Below are positions 1-19,001 of a DNA stretch of 64,000 bases, one piece after another; position 1 is the first letter of the stretch; every line of letters begins with the position of its first letter. Where the stretch lies: the NCBI RefSeq assembly GCF_009914755.1, contig NC_060947.1; one strand, 5' to 3'. The notes beneath the pieces are model-generated. The model was given only the letters and a program-made list of their open reading frames with translations, was not told the DNA's origin and did not search any database. This DNA comes from the human T2T-CHM13v2.0 reference genome, Homo sapiens. A program made the position numbers and the translations under genes.

Positions 1-1107
1 GCAGGTACAATACTGTGGATCAAGGCTATCTCTTTCCATTCCCATCCCTGTTCTTTCTTGTAAAAGGTTACTATCAGACTTGGACCCTGTCCAGGTCAAT
101 AATTTGAAGGTAGCTGATGATCTTGATCAGGTGGGCTCTGTCTTGAACCCCTCCATACTTCTATCAATGCTGCCCAAACATCTGTAAATGGGAGCAGGGA
201 CAACCAGGACACTGAACTGATTGCTGTAGAGATCACTGCCCTAAACCTATCTGGTACTAGGGGGCAGGTAAATCCCTCTCCTGGGAGGCAGAATCTCAAC
301 CTCTGCTTCCAGTTCAGATCTTTTGGGCTAAGGGAGAGACAGGCCTAGGGGGAGACCTATAACAAAAGTGACTTGAAAAAAGAGAATAACTCGATCAAAC
401 TAACTCCTAGATGCAAAATTGCAACGACCCAGAAGTGCTGCAACATGGGAAACCCCAGTGATAGAAGAAACAGCCTGAATGCAAAATGTTCCCTGAACAG
501 AAGTCCACTCCAGCATCATCATAGTCTGATACTCCCTTGCTTCTGTTTGGTTTTTTGATCCCTTCACAGTACCTAAAACACAGTAAAAGCAATAGGAATA
601 CTGAGCAGTTTTGTCACAGGGCACAACAGAGCATGTCCAGACTGGCATGACTGAGGACAGAGGATGCTGAAAAAAGGTTATTTGGGGCAACTGCAGGGCT
701 GAAGGAACATTTGATAATGATTGGCTGAAGGAGAGGAGAAAGGAGCTCATTCCCTTCCTCAATGGAAAGTAAAAGAGGGGAAAAAACCCTGAAACCTCCC
801 AACTCTACCACATCAAATAAAATTAAAAATTCATCAACATCAGTATCATCAGAAAAAAAACAATACAAACACATCTATCGTAATAATGACAAGGCAGTGA
901 ATCACTCACAGGGGAGTAAAGAGATTATCTTAACAAGAAAAGCAATGAATAGAAATGTCAACTTCTGAAAGCAAAGGGAAGGGGGACAGGGTAAAAATGG
1001 AAAACTTTTAAGACGGAATCACATGTTTGGAAGTCATTGGTACCTCTTCCTACCAACCACATATTTCACTTCCCCAAAACAACAGAAAACACTTTTGTTC
1101 CTTATCT

Positions 1108-1110
<3 letters not shown>

Positions 1111-1146
<36 letters not shown>

Positions 1147-1199
1147 TGTGTGTGTGTGTGTGTATGTGTACTCAAGGGTCTCTGTGTGTGTGTGTGTGT
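1111..1199. repeat. Compound (TG)n microsatellite; reads (CA)n in the mRNA 3' UTR
   Basis: Direct reading: long TG run, short interruption, second TG run. Confidence 0.97.
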
Positions 1200-1249
1200 A
1201 TAAATTTCAACAGTGCTTCTCCGAAAAAAGGTCCATCTATAAATATAAT

Positions 1250-1264
1250 TTTATTTACTTTATT
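1250..1264 (-). terminator. Two tandem AATAAA hexamers, candidate proximal poly(A) signal
   Basis: + strand tttatt at 1250-1255 and 1259-1264, followed on the transcript by a U-rich stretch (CCUUUUUUCG). Confidence 0.5.
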
Positions 1265-1291
1265 TTAAAATTATCTGCCTCCCTGTAGGTA

Positions 1292-1510
<219 letters not shown>

Positions 1511-2639
1511 TTATGTAACAAAGGGCTTCTCAAATTACCCAGTGACCACTCTGGGCAGACAACTCAAGGCAGACTGGTTTAGAGAGTGTGAACTGGTTTT
1601 ACAAATCATCCAAGGGGAGAATTCCTCTTTCAAACAGATTTTGGAATACCATGGCTACTATTGCAACCCTACACACTTCCACATCTAGTCAGGTATCAAA
1701 GAAATTTGGGGTATTGCTATAATCTGTTTTACAGGTGAGAACACTGATATCTGAAAAGAAATGTTATACCCAAGGTCACATGGTAAGTTAGCGACAAAGC
1801 AAGGGTTAGAACCTACATTCTTTGACTACTCAGTTCAGAGCTCTTTCCAAGACACCAGAATCCCTTATGCAGGGGTTGGTCCTGCAAAGAACCCAACAAA
1901 CTCTATTTCGCCTTCTCCAGTCCCCCCTGGAAGTTTTAAAAGAGCCTGGTTAAGAACTATTGACTTCAGGACAGGTTTCTAGGAGAAATTTTCTAAAAGC
2001 ATAAGGTGCAAGTGATTTAGTGTTCTGTCCTGGGTTGAGAGTGATGAACCTGCACTTAATAGAGAATTGACATTAGTAGGTGAAGGAGAAAGTAAACTTA
2101 CTACCAGAAGGTATAATTCATGGGGAGCAAGGAAGACGGAATATGTGTGTGTCTTTTCAAACGGAATAGCTTAAATGATACTAATATTAAAAACCTTCTC
2201 AACATTTGTAGGTAGGTTTGCAACCATCAAAGCAAAATCCACATTAATGGAGGATTCCAGGAACCTGGAGGCCTAAAGTGAAAGTTTAATCCTGATCTAC
2301 ATTCAGAGCAGAATAGGACAAGACATACAGCATATAATTCAGACATGTCAGGAAGGCTTCTCTGCTGCTCCCAAATACCTTCCTCATCTGCTACTCAGGG
2401 TCTGAAATTCCAACATTACAGTTACTTTTTTTGCCTTTGCTTGATGACTAAGTCCCTTTGCCTGGAAGTAGTATCATTTAAGCCATCATCAGCCACTGGC
2501 ACTTCAGTGAGAAAGATCAGAATCTTTTCTAAGAGCTAGTTTTGCAAGGTGGTAAGTGTCAGAAGTATGAGGGTACTGAATGCCAACAGACAATACGCAG
2601 ATATTAGAGAGGGAATTTTGTTACTAATTTGATTTTTTT

Positions 2640-2865
2640 TAAAAGCATTTATTTGAAATCATTACAGATTCACATGCAGTTTTAAGAAATAATAGAGATC
2701 CTGTGTACTCTTTACCCAGTTTTCCCAATGGTAACATTTTGCAAAACAATAGTACAATAGTACAATATCACAGCCAGGATATTGACATTATAACAGGATA
2801 CAGTCAAGATATAGAACATTTCCATCATCACAAGGATCCCTGTTGTTACACTTTTATAATCACAA
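2640..2865 (-). mobile_element. Old L1 (L1MC-like) 3' fragment; a further minus-strand L1 piece at about 3536-3715
   Basis: 'agattcacatgcagtt...agaaataatagagatcctgtgtac...cccaatggtaacattttgcaaaac' resembles the recalled L1MC 3' end. Confidence 0.65.
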
Positions 2866-3535
2866 TCTCTTCTGGGTATATATCTAAAATAAAGGAAATC
2901 AGTACGTTGAAGAGATATTTGCACTCCTATGTTTATCACAGCACTATTCACAATAACCAAGATATGGAATCAACCAAAGTATCTGTCAATAGATGAATGG
3001 ATGAAGAGAATGTAGTATACATACACAGTGGAATATTATTCAGCCACAAAAAGAATGAAATCCTATCATTTTCAGCAACATGGATGGAACTGGAGCTCAT
3101 AATGTTAAGTGAAATAAGCCAGGCACAGAAAGACAAATATCAAATGATCTCACTCAAATGTAGGAGCTAAAAAAGTGGATTCCATGGAGGTAGAGAGTAC
3201 AATGATGGTTACTAGAGGCTTGGAAGGATGGTGTTAGGGAAATGAAGAGAGGTTGGTTAATGGATTCAAAAATACAGTTTGATAGATGGAATAAGTTCTA
3301 GTGTTCAGTAGCACAGCAGGGTAACAGTAGTTAACAATAATTTATTGCATATTTCAAAATACATAAAACAGAAGACTTGAAATGTTCCCAACACAAAAAA
3401 ATGATACACGTTTAAGGTGATAGATATCCTAATTACCCTAATTTGATCATTACACATTGTATGCATATCAAAATATCACATGTACTCAGTAAAGATTTAC
3501 AATTATTACATATCAATACAAAATAAATTTAAAAA
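2866..3535 (+). mobile_element. L1MA 3' end fragment
   Basis: ORF2 C-terminal remnant, 'acatggatggaactggag', L1MA-type 3' UTR 'ttaacaataatttattg...gatcattacacattgtatgc', A-rich tail. Confidence 0.85.
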
Positions 3536-4260
3536 TCAATTGGGCATATTTGTGTACATTTATTTCTGGGTTCTGTGGCATTGATCTGATATGTCCACCC
3601 TTCTGCCAAAATTACGCTGTCTTGGTTACTGTAACTATATAATGAGTGTTGAAACTGGGTAGATTGATTACTCACATTTTATTCTTTTTCGAGATCATTT
3701 TTGCTATTCTAGGGCACTCATTTGATTTTGTGCTGGCCCCAAGGCCTCTGGAGATGGAGTCTGTGCTCATAGCCATGGGGAGCTCTATACTGATCTAGTT
3801 AATTAGGTTTATGTACCAGGAATTAGCATAAAACTTTCAAGAAGTTATATATCAATACTTAAAATGAAAGCAGCGTGAAAGACAAAGGTCAAGTGAAAAG
3901 GCCTTTCTTGGAGCTAGATCTGGTATTCTCTACTGTTATTTCAGCCAGGTTCCCCCTCTCCCAGAGCAGTAGACTGAGTTGATAATGTCCCAGTGTTACA
4001 GATGGTGTTGGAAAGGGACATTAGAGTAGTTACCTATCTAATGACATCCGCATTGGAGACCTCTTAACAATGCCCCTCACTTCCTGTGATGGGTCATTGA
4101 AAAGCTCAAGGAAGCCAGCTTTCATGGTTATCTTAAATAATCCCTTCTTGCTCTTCCCATGTACATATTGTAACTACTGAATTCCTACATTTGAGAACCA
4201 CTTCCACATGTATGGCACTCTTGAGTCTCAAAACATATCAGTTACTACAGCCCTGGACTA

Positions 4261-4813
<553 letters not shown>

Positions 4814-4966
4814 TTAGCAGGGCTATCTTCTGGTTAACCAACTCCTGGTTGCTTTATAGATATTCCTTTGTTTGAAGTGTTCTCAGTGAAAAGACAATTC
4901 AGTCTCAGATATGCTTGAGGAACCCAGGCTTGGATAAAGGAGTACCATAAAGGTCAGTATGGTGGA

Positions 4967-5415
4967 TGTGATGGTTAATAGTGTCAACTTGACTGGATTG
5001 AAGGATGCAAAGTATTGTTGCTGGGTGTGTCTGTGAGGGTGTTGCTAGAGATTAACATTTGAGTCAGTGGACTGGGAGAGGCAGACCCATGCTCAATCTG
5101 GATGGGCACCATTTAAACAGCTGCCAGCATGGCCAGAATAAAAAGCAGGCAGAAGAACCTAGAAACACTAGACTGGCTTAGCCTCCAAGCCTACACCTTT
5201 CTTCCATGCTGGATGCTTCCTGCCCTCAAACATCAGACTCCAAATTCTTCAGCTTTGAGACTCGGACTGACTTCCTTGCTCCTCAGCTTGCAGATGGCCT
5301 ATTGTGGGACCTGGCGATTGTGTGAGTTAATACTCCTTAATAAACTCATATAAACTCATATATATATATATGTCTCCTATTAGTTCTGTCCCTCTAGAGA
5401 ACGCTGAAGAATACA
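4967..5415 (+). mobile_element. MLT2A-type (ERVL) solo LTR
   Basis: TG...CA ends (tgtgatggttaata...gaataca), 'gtgtcaacttgactggattgaaggatgcaaagtattg'. 5-bp flanks gtgga/gtggg. Confidence 0.88.
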
Positions 5416-6189
5416 GTGGGGGAAGTAGAGGAAATCAGAGTGAGAAAGTTCAGGAGTTGAGAGCGTCCAGGAGACAAGCTGTTAGGACAGTATCCCTTTT
5501 GCAGCCTGAAAACTTCAGTTGGCTGGGCTCTTTTCTGCTCACATTTCTGTCTGAGGAACTGGAGCAAAATCTTACCAAGTTCTGTTAATACAGGTCATAT
5601 CCTTACTGACATTAACTCCAGATTGCTTTCTAACACCATCTCTCACATGTTATTATAGCAATCAAAAGGTTAGGAGTTAATTCCCCACCTTAAATTAACT
5701 CCCAACTTTTTGGTGGCTAATTAAGGCTGGCCTCATTCCCTATATAAGGGGAATCACATTCGCATGATGAGGAAAAGAGACAATAAGGGCCTCCCAAGAG
5801 CAAGAAGTAATAAGCAGTTGAAGGGGAGGCATGTCTAGTCAGCGGAGCTAGGTGCACTGCTTAACTGGAAATCAGATGTTCACAGGCATTCAGCCTCAAT
5901 CAAAAGAAGCTTCAATGGAAAAAAAATAGTGCTTTACATGGCTGCTGGAAATTTCAGGAGACTTGAATCTGATCATTTTGGATGGTGACTCATTCAGAAC
6001 CACAAAGCCCACTGAGAAAGCAGAAGGAAAGGCCTGGGGAAAGTAAGGTCTCATTAAGATTGCCCACACCTGGGGACAGTGAACATGGCTATCAGTAATA
6101 GAAGCAGCTGTCAGTAATTGAGGCAAGACAGAAAACCAAACTCTTCTTTCCAAGCATGGGGCTTCATCAGGACCCTGAGATGGAGAGGA

Positions 6190-6365
6190 GAAAGCAGTGG
6201 ACTCTGAGTCAAGTCAAATTAAGTTCAGTTACTTCACTCAAAGACCCTCAGCTACCTCATCTGAGAAATAGAGTTAATAGTGTCCAGCTTCTCAGGATTA
6301 CCATAAAGATGAAATGAAATAACATATAAAGTGACTGACACTGAATAGGTATTCCAATAAGCAGA
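6190..6365 (+). mobile_element. MIR
   Basis: 'cctcatctgagaaatagagttaatag...gatgaaatgaaataacatataaagtg' MIR core. Similar MIR pieces at about 21660-21840, 23990-24220, 25350-25580, 25840-26070, 30400-30600, 31790-31970, 32260-32410 and 38660-38900. Confidence 0.7.
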
Positions 6366-6624
6366 AGGTAGTTCCTTCCCTTTGTTTGGCTGAGCATGAT
6401 AGTTTTGTTCTGGTTCATGAGAAAAGAGAAACTAAAGCTTAACTTCAGATTTAAATTGATTTGCAAGGTATTTTTTCTTAAGTACTTTGGCTTGTAGTTA
6501 AGAGAAAGAGAATATCTGAATCTTTTGTCTTGGCTTAGTTTGAGATTCTTTATTGTGATTTGGGTCTCCTGATTTGGCACATGCCTCCAGACCGGTGACA
6601 GAAAGCTGAGCAATATCTTTATAC

Positions 6625-6906
<282 letters not shown>

Positions 6907-7160
6907 ACTATACTTATTAAATAAAGATCATGTTGTCCATTGATCTATAAATTGTTAGTAAAGTTTCCCTTATTTTTAAGTAAAAAAAAAAAAAAGAGGA
7001 ACAGAGGTTATATTTTTTGCTATACTCAATGAGCTATCTTTGGATACCAATACCCTATACTATTCACTCCTTAGCCTTAAGCATTTAAAACCATTTGCTA
7101 CCTGTCATCAAGGACACCTAGGGACCTGGATACTCCTCCACCACCCCCAAGTAAACCTCA

Positions 7161-7337
<177 letters not shown>

Positions 7338-8012
7338 TTAAATGAGAAACACACACCCTTACTGAGTGTATAAATGAGTAAACTTTTCTGTAAGAAAGAT
7401 TTGCTAAGACATATAAAAAATCTTGAAATACAAAAAAAAAAAAAATCATTCCCTTTAACCCAGTAATTTCTAGGAATTTCACTAAGGAAATTTGTCACAA
7501 ACTTGAACAAAAACTTAGCTACAAAATGCACAACACAGAATAGAGAGCCAAAAAAAGAATTATGAACATGGGCTAAGAGTCTGTTAATGGAGAATCGTTA
7601 AATAAAGCATGACATAGGGAAAAAATATTTTGTAACCAAAAGCAAAATTATAAAGAAAAGGACATAATGAGGCAAAAGATAATTCAAACAGCAAATGTAT
7701 ATATAGATTATAAAAGTTTAAGAAGGAGGAAAAAATCAAATGGAAAATAGTAACAAATAAGTAACAAAACACTCGGTTAAGGGGAAAAAAAGGATATACT
7801 TACTGTGGAAAGAATAAAAGGTCTTGCTAAGTCCCAGGCAGGATGAGCATACATAGATGCACATCTACATATTGACTAGTATAATTCCCAAACTTCAGGA
7901 TAAAAAAAAAATCTGACAAGCTTCACAACAGAAAGGACAGCTCACTTAACAAAAAACAGACATCATAATATTACTAGAATCCTAATCTGAAATATTGGAA
8001 GGAATCGCCTTC

Positions 8013-8336
8013 TATTATTATTATTATTTTTTTTTTTTTTGGAGGCAAGGTTTTGCTTTGTCACTCAGGCTGGAGTGTAGTGGCATGATCATGATCATGG
8101 CTCACTGCAGCCTTGATCTCTCAAGCTTAAGCAATCCTCCAACCTTAGCCTCCTGAGTATCTGGGGCCACAGGCTCATGCCACCACACCTGGCTAATTGT
8201 TTTTTAATTGTTATTTTTTGTAGACACGAGGTCTCCCTGTGTTTACCAGGCTGGTGTTGAATTCCTGGGCTCAAACGATCCTCCCACCTCAGCCTCCCAA
8301 AATGCTAGGATTACAGGAATGAGCCACTGTACCCAG
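8013..8336 (-). mobile_element. AluJ
   Basis: (TAT)n/poly(T) tail; J-type diagnostics 'ctcactgcagccttg...tcaagcttaagcaatcctcc' and 'gggctcaaacgatcctccc'. Confidence 0.9.
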
Positions 8337-8489
8337 TGTAATAGTCTTCTGAATAAACCCTGGATCAAAAGGAAACCATAACTGAAGTTATAAAATATCT
8401 AAAAATAAATAAAAAGGAAATTTTATATTAAAACCTCTGAGATACAGTTGAGACTTTATTCAAAGGAAAATATACTCTAAAATGATTTT

Positions 8490-13150
<4,661 letters not shown>

Positions 13151-13339
13151 TGATTTTCTGATTTTGTAAAAATCAAAATAAACAAAGTAAGTATTCAGTC
13201 AATGAAAGAGTGGAAAGGATCTAAAATATTCCTTAAATCCTGAAAGTAGGAAAAAGAAGGAAATAAAAGTGAAAATTAAGAAGAAACAGAAATAAACTGC
13301 AGAAGGGATAAACAAACCAAAAACACGTTCTTTGAAACG

Positions 13340-14058
13340 ACCAAATGTAAATTAGTACAGCCATTATAGAAAAACAGTAGAAAAGTTCCTAAAAAAATTA
13401 AAAATAGAACTACTATATAATCCAGCAATGCCACTGCTGGGTATGTATCCAAAAGAAAGGATATCAATATACCGAGGAAATATCTATGCTCTCATGTTTA
13501 TCACAGCATTATTCACAATAACCAAAATATGAAATCAACCTAAATGCCCATCAGTGGATTAATGTATAAAGGAAATGTGGCATATATACACGATGTTATA
13601 TTATTCAGCCATAAAAAAATGAAATCCTGTCATCTGCAGAAACATGGATGGAACTGGAGGATATTATGTTAAGTGAAATAAGATTATTTTCCCTCATACA
13701 TGGGAGCTGAAAGGTGGATTTCATAAAGATAGAGAGTAGAATGGTGATTATCAGTGGCTCAGAAAGAAAGGCTCAGGTCAATGGAGAGGGGCTGGTTAAT
13801 AGGTACAAAAACACAGTTAGAAGGAATAAGATTTAGTTTGTGATAGGACAGTAGGGAAATTAGAGTTAATAATAATTTATTGTATATCTCAAAATAGCTA
13901 AAAAAAATATTTGGAATGTTCCCAACACAAAGAAAAGATGAGCATTTGAGGTGATGAATATCGCAATTACCCTGATTTGATCATTACACATTGTATACAG
14001 GTATCAAAATATCACATGTACCTTAAAAATATGTATAATGATTATATATACATAAAAA
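13340..14058 (+). mobile_element. L1MA 3' end fragment
   Basis: 'aaatgtaaattagtacagcc...' through the L1MA 3' UTR 'ccctgatttgatcattacacattg...'. Confidence 0.85.
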
Positions 14059-15510
14059 AGATCAATACTCCCTGATAAGCCTGATTAAAAGATTAAAGTG
14101 AGAAAATAAAAATATATGAAATATTATGAACCCAAAAGAAGAGAGATAACTACAATTATGGAAGATATGATAATTAGAAAATATTATGTGTAGATATATA
14201 GCATTAAATTAAAAATCCAGAGGAAATGAACAATTTCCCAGAAAAATAGAAATTATCAAAAGTAATGTACAAAGAGGCAGAAATGTACAGAATCTAAAGA
14301 AAACTCTACCATTTTCCTGAAGCATACAGAACAAGATTTTGATGAAAGGAGAGCAGAGCCTTGTCTTAAATGTGAAAACTTAATAACAATGCCAAGCCGT
14401 TACATATTAAAAAATTTAATATAATGCCAATCAGAATCCAAATGGGCTTTCTATGCCAGTTTTTACGGCAGTGTTTTTAAACCTAGAATAAATAAATTTG
14501 ATATTCATATCAAAGAATAAACATCTAAGAACTGCTAAGAAGCAATGATAAGAGTGAATAAGAATTGATTGTACCAGGCATTAAATCTTTCTCAAAATCT
14601 ACTGTAATTGAAACAGCATAGTCTTGATACAAGAAATGACAAACAGAAGAGTGGAACAGAATAGAAAGTTTAAAAACACATCTAAGTATATATGCAGAGT
14701 TACTATATATGAAAAATGGCATTTAAACTGTGTGGAAAATAAATGATTTATTTAATAAATGATGCAGATGCAACTGACTATCCACCTTGAAGAAAAAAAT
14801 GAGGTCCCCTTTCTCACATCATATAAAAATGTAAATTCCGGATGGATTACTGTTCTAAAAATAAACCAAAAATATATTTTTAATCAGGAAATTTTATAGT
14901 TTGGATGGCAAGAGATCTTAAGCAAGATGAAACTAGGGGCCAAAAAAGGAATAATAGATACATTTTTCAAAGTAAAAATTTAAATATTTATAGAAGTAGG
15001 CAATATAAACAAACTCAAAAGACAAAAAACAGACTGGTGAAAACGTGAAATTCGTGACTGACAAAGTGTCACATCAACAATATAGAGTCCTTCCAAATTT
15101 ATGTTAAAAGAATGAGTAAAGGGTATGAGGCAATTCACAAAAGAAATGAAAATAGCCATTAAGCATATGAAAAAAAAAAGGTTCCAACACTTTTTTTCAA
15201 TTTACTAGTTGAGAAATGGCAAACTGAAACAAATAGATACTATCCAGTGCTGGTGAGGCTATGCGGAAGTGGGTACTCATAAAATTATGCTAGGAGTATA
15301 GATTCTACAAATCTTTCAGAATTTAATATGCAAGTATGTATTAAAACTGTTCACATCCTAACATTCAGTCATTCCACTTTAGGGTACAGATCCTACAGGA
15401 ATAAAAGCATCAGTAAGTAACAATCAGATACGTACATGGATATTTATTGCAGCAATATCTGTAGTGGGAAATAAAGCTAAATATAAAATGAATGTCTAGC
15501 AAAAAACGAA

Positions 15511-15848
15511 CAGTCAGCCCTCTGTAACCATGGGTTCCACATCTGGATTCAATCAACTGTGGATCAAAAATATGCAGAAAAAAGCGGCTGGTTGCTTCTT
15601 TACTGAACACATATGGATTTTTGCCTTGTTTTTATTCCCTAAACAATACAGTATAACAATTATTTACATAGCATTTACATTGTGTTAGGTATTATAAATA
15701 ATCTAGAAATGATTGAAAGTATATGGAGGATGTACATAGGTTATATGTAAATACTATATCATTTTATATAAGGGATTTGAGCATCCATGGATTTTGATAT
15801 GCACGGGAGTCCTGGAACCAATATCCCGTGCATACCAAGAGATGACTG
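15511..15848. mobile_element. MER2 (TcMar-Tigger MITE)
   Basis: Terminal inverted repeats cagtcagccctctgta / taccaagagatgactg; internal 'ccctaaacaatacagtataacaattatttacatagcattt'. Confidence 0.88.
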
Positions 15849-15898
15849 TGGTTATTACATAATATTATGGAATGTTATACAGCTGTTTATAAGAAAAG

Positions 15899-16771
15899 TG
15901 TGATGAATTTATTGATGTGCCCATTCGACTAGACTGTAGTCCTCACTAATGTAGGTGTTGCCATGAAGGTATTTTACAGATATAATCAAAGCCCCTGATA
16001 CGGTTTGGCTCTGTGTCCCCACCCAAATCTCATGTGGAATGGTAATCCCCATGTGTTGGGGGAGGGGCCTAGTGGGAGGTGATTGGATCATGGGGGGAAT
16101 TTCTCCCATGCTGTTCTCATGATAGTGGGTGAGTTCTCACGAGATCTGATGGTTTAAAAGTATGTGGCACTTCCCTCTTGCTCTCTCTCTCTCCTGCCAC
16201 TATGTGAAGAAGATGCTTGCTTCCCCTTTGCCTTCTACTATGATTCTAAATTTCCTGAGGCCTCCCAGTGATGCTTCCTGTTAAGCCTGCAGAACTGTGA
16301 GTCAATTAAACCTCTTTTCTTCATAAATTACCCAGTCTCAGGTATTTATAGCACTGTGAACATGGGCTAATACAGGCCCTAATCAGTTGACTTTATATAA
16401 GGGACAATATCCTAGATAATCTGGATGGACCTGACTGAATCTGTTGCAAGACCTTAAAAGTAGAGCCTAGGTCTCACACAGAAAGGGCAGAAATTCTACC
16501 TGTGCACCACAGCTTTAGCCCATGTCTGTGCCACTTCATCCTTCTCATGAGCTTCTCTTCCTGACTGCCTGTAGATGACAGCTTTGGCCTATGTCCATGG
16601 GTTTGAGCCTGCCTGTGATCCTCCATTTCTGACTGCCTGCTCTATGGAATTCTGAGCCACTTAGTCAACATTCACAATCACATAAGCCAATTCCTTGTAA
16701 TGCAATTTTCAGCAGTGGTATGATATATCTCCTACAGGTTATGCCTCTTTGGTTGAACCCTAACTGATACA
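15899..16771 (+). mobile_element. Older MLT2-family (ERVL) LTR, split by MSTA
   Basis: tgtgatg... start, 'aatcagttgactttatataagg', end 'gaaccctaactgataca'. Confidence 0.7.
15996..16374 (+). mobile_element. MSTA (ERVL-MaLR) solo LTR
   Basis: tgatacggtttggctctgtgtccccacccaaatctc...gggctaataca. Flanks gcccc/ggccc. Confidence 0.88.
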
Positions 16772-18752
16772 AGGGGTTATAGTTAGATTCTATATTATTT
16801 ATCTGGGGAGTTACTTATGATAAATTAAGTTTAAAAAAGCAACCTACAAGGTAATATATATAATATAATTTTTGTAAATATAAAAGTATTATGTTTGTAT
16901 ATGTTTATATGGACATGAGATAAGTATGGAAAGATGCATACTGCACTGTTAACACTGGTTATTTCATTCAGTATGGAAGTGACAGAGAAGGGGAAGGAAT
17001 GCTAAGTTTTCTTTATATATTTCCATATTTGTTTAAATGGTTATAATGGTCATGCATTAATTTTATAATTAAAAAGTAAAAGTTTAAAAAAGCTATGATA
17101 AAACTATATGACCCTCATAAAATAATGATTAAAAATATGAAGTGATCTGATAGAAATGCTAATGATATAATGATGAGTGAAAATGAGGATACAAAATTAT
17201 ATCTATCCACTATAGAGAGGCAGGTATGGGGAGAGAAAGAAAAAAGATTCAGTCACCTTGATTTTTCTAATTAGACACATAAAAAAGGCTGGAAATATAT
17301 ATCAAAATGTTTATGAAAGTTATTACTGAGTATGTTCATGTGTTTTTTTTTTTTCTTGTACTTTTCTGTTGCTTTTTCCCTAAATTTCCTACAATGGAAG
17401 TGATTTACTGTTATTATCAAACCAAAAAAAAAAAACCTCAACATTTTTAAAGATGAACATATGCCTGTTCAGAAAGTAATTTCTAGAAGCTTTTCTATTA
17501 GAAGCAGATAAAGTCACAGGTTTATTAGGGCATTGTGTGGGAGACATTGTGTTAGAGCCAATGGGAATGGCAGGGGCCTTCTAATTGATTCAGGGTCTGA
17601 ACACTAAGACCATTCCTTTAATAACTCTAACAGCCTAGGCAAGGTCAGTGGCTGCTGCTGCTTGCTATTGAGAGAAGTAGCCAGCAACATTTATATGCCA
17701 CTCCACATCATGTCCCAATGGAGTGTCCACATACTGAAAGCAGTCTGATTCCAATGAGACTCAAAGTGAGTTATTAATTTGCACTCTACCCAAGTTCTGA
17801 GGAGAAGACTGGAGTTAGATTTGTCTTTCTGACCATCCTTTCTTACCTCTGGATAATTTCAATCGCCCACATGGAAGGATAAGAGAACCCTTTTGCACCA
17901 GGATTCAATGAGTAGGCCCATTTTTCTAGAGACAATTTCCATAAACTTGAGCTTTCAGGCCTTCTAAAGTACAATTTCACTCCCATAAGCAATAGGGCAA
18001 AGACAGAAACTGTATGTCTTCTCAGGGAATTAACAAGTCTGGTTGCTTGGTATTTTTTATGACAGAAAGGCAGGACCATGAGCAAGAGACCAGACAGTAC
18101 TTTATAAGTCACAAAGCTATAGCCAATGGCGTCTAAATCCCACAGTTGGGAAGCAACATGAAAAATATCTCTACTATCTATATCCCCACTGGAAAAGAGA
18201 AACAACTTATTGTAAGGCAAAAAAGTATGTTTCAGTGTGATTTGAAATCATGAAAATGGTCATGGTTTTAAGTCCTGTTATATTTTCTATAATTTACTTT
18301 AAATACTTCCACACAGAAAGTGTGAAGTGTATGTGCATATTATTTGAATCTACAGTCTAGGGGGATTTAGTTAACATCTGAAGTATCCTAATCAGGAGTA
18401 CAAACTATATACCTAATGACAGAGAGCTCAGGCTTTATGAAGATTACAGAACAGGTTGTATAACTGATTTTTGTTTATTTGCTAATAAATGTATGTTTGG
18501 GAGAATCAAGCCTGAGGCTGGCTTTCAGTGTGATATTCTTAGCTAGTAGGGGAGGACAACCTATAGTTCAAACCTACCACTGACTAATGGAAGCTATTGG
18601 TACTTACCAAAAAGAACCTAATAATAAGGAACCACCAAAGTAGCTTAAGTCAGTTTGCAACAGAAATCTTCCCTCTGACTCCAAGAAAATGGAAACCAAT
18701 TCAAACCTCCTATGTTCTTCATAGCCATGTTCTTCTTTCTACTCTCAGGTCA

Positions 18753-19001
<249 letters not shown>

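Larger units (their letters stand above)
1..1291 (-). other. ARHGEF9: ARHGEF9 3' UTR (continues past window start)
   Basis: Sequence downstream of the stop codon with few interspersed repeats. No distal AATAAA seen in 1-1249, so the long UTR probably ends outside the window. Confidence 0.85.
14059..17440 (+). mobile_element. Very old L1M (L1ME-like) remnant, interrupted by MER2 and LTRs; probably continuous with about 7540-8475 and 13158-13340
   Basis: Degenerate, A-rich, collinear ORF2 and 3' UTR motifs, e.g. 'gaaacagcatagtcttg...agtggaacagaatagaaag'. Confidence 0.6.
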
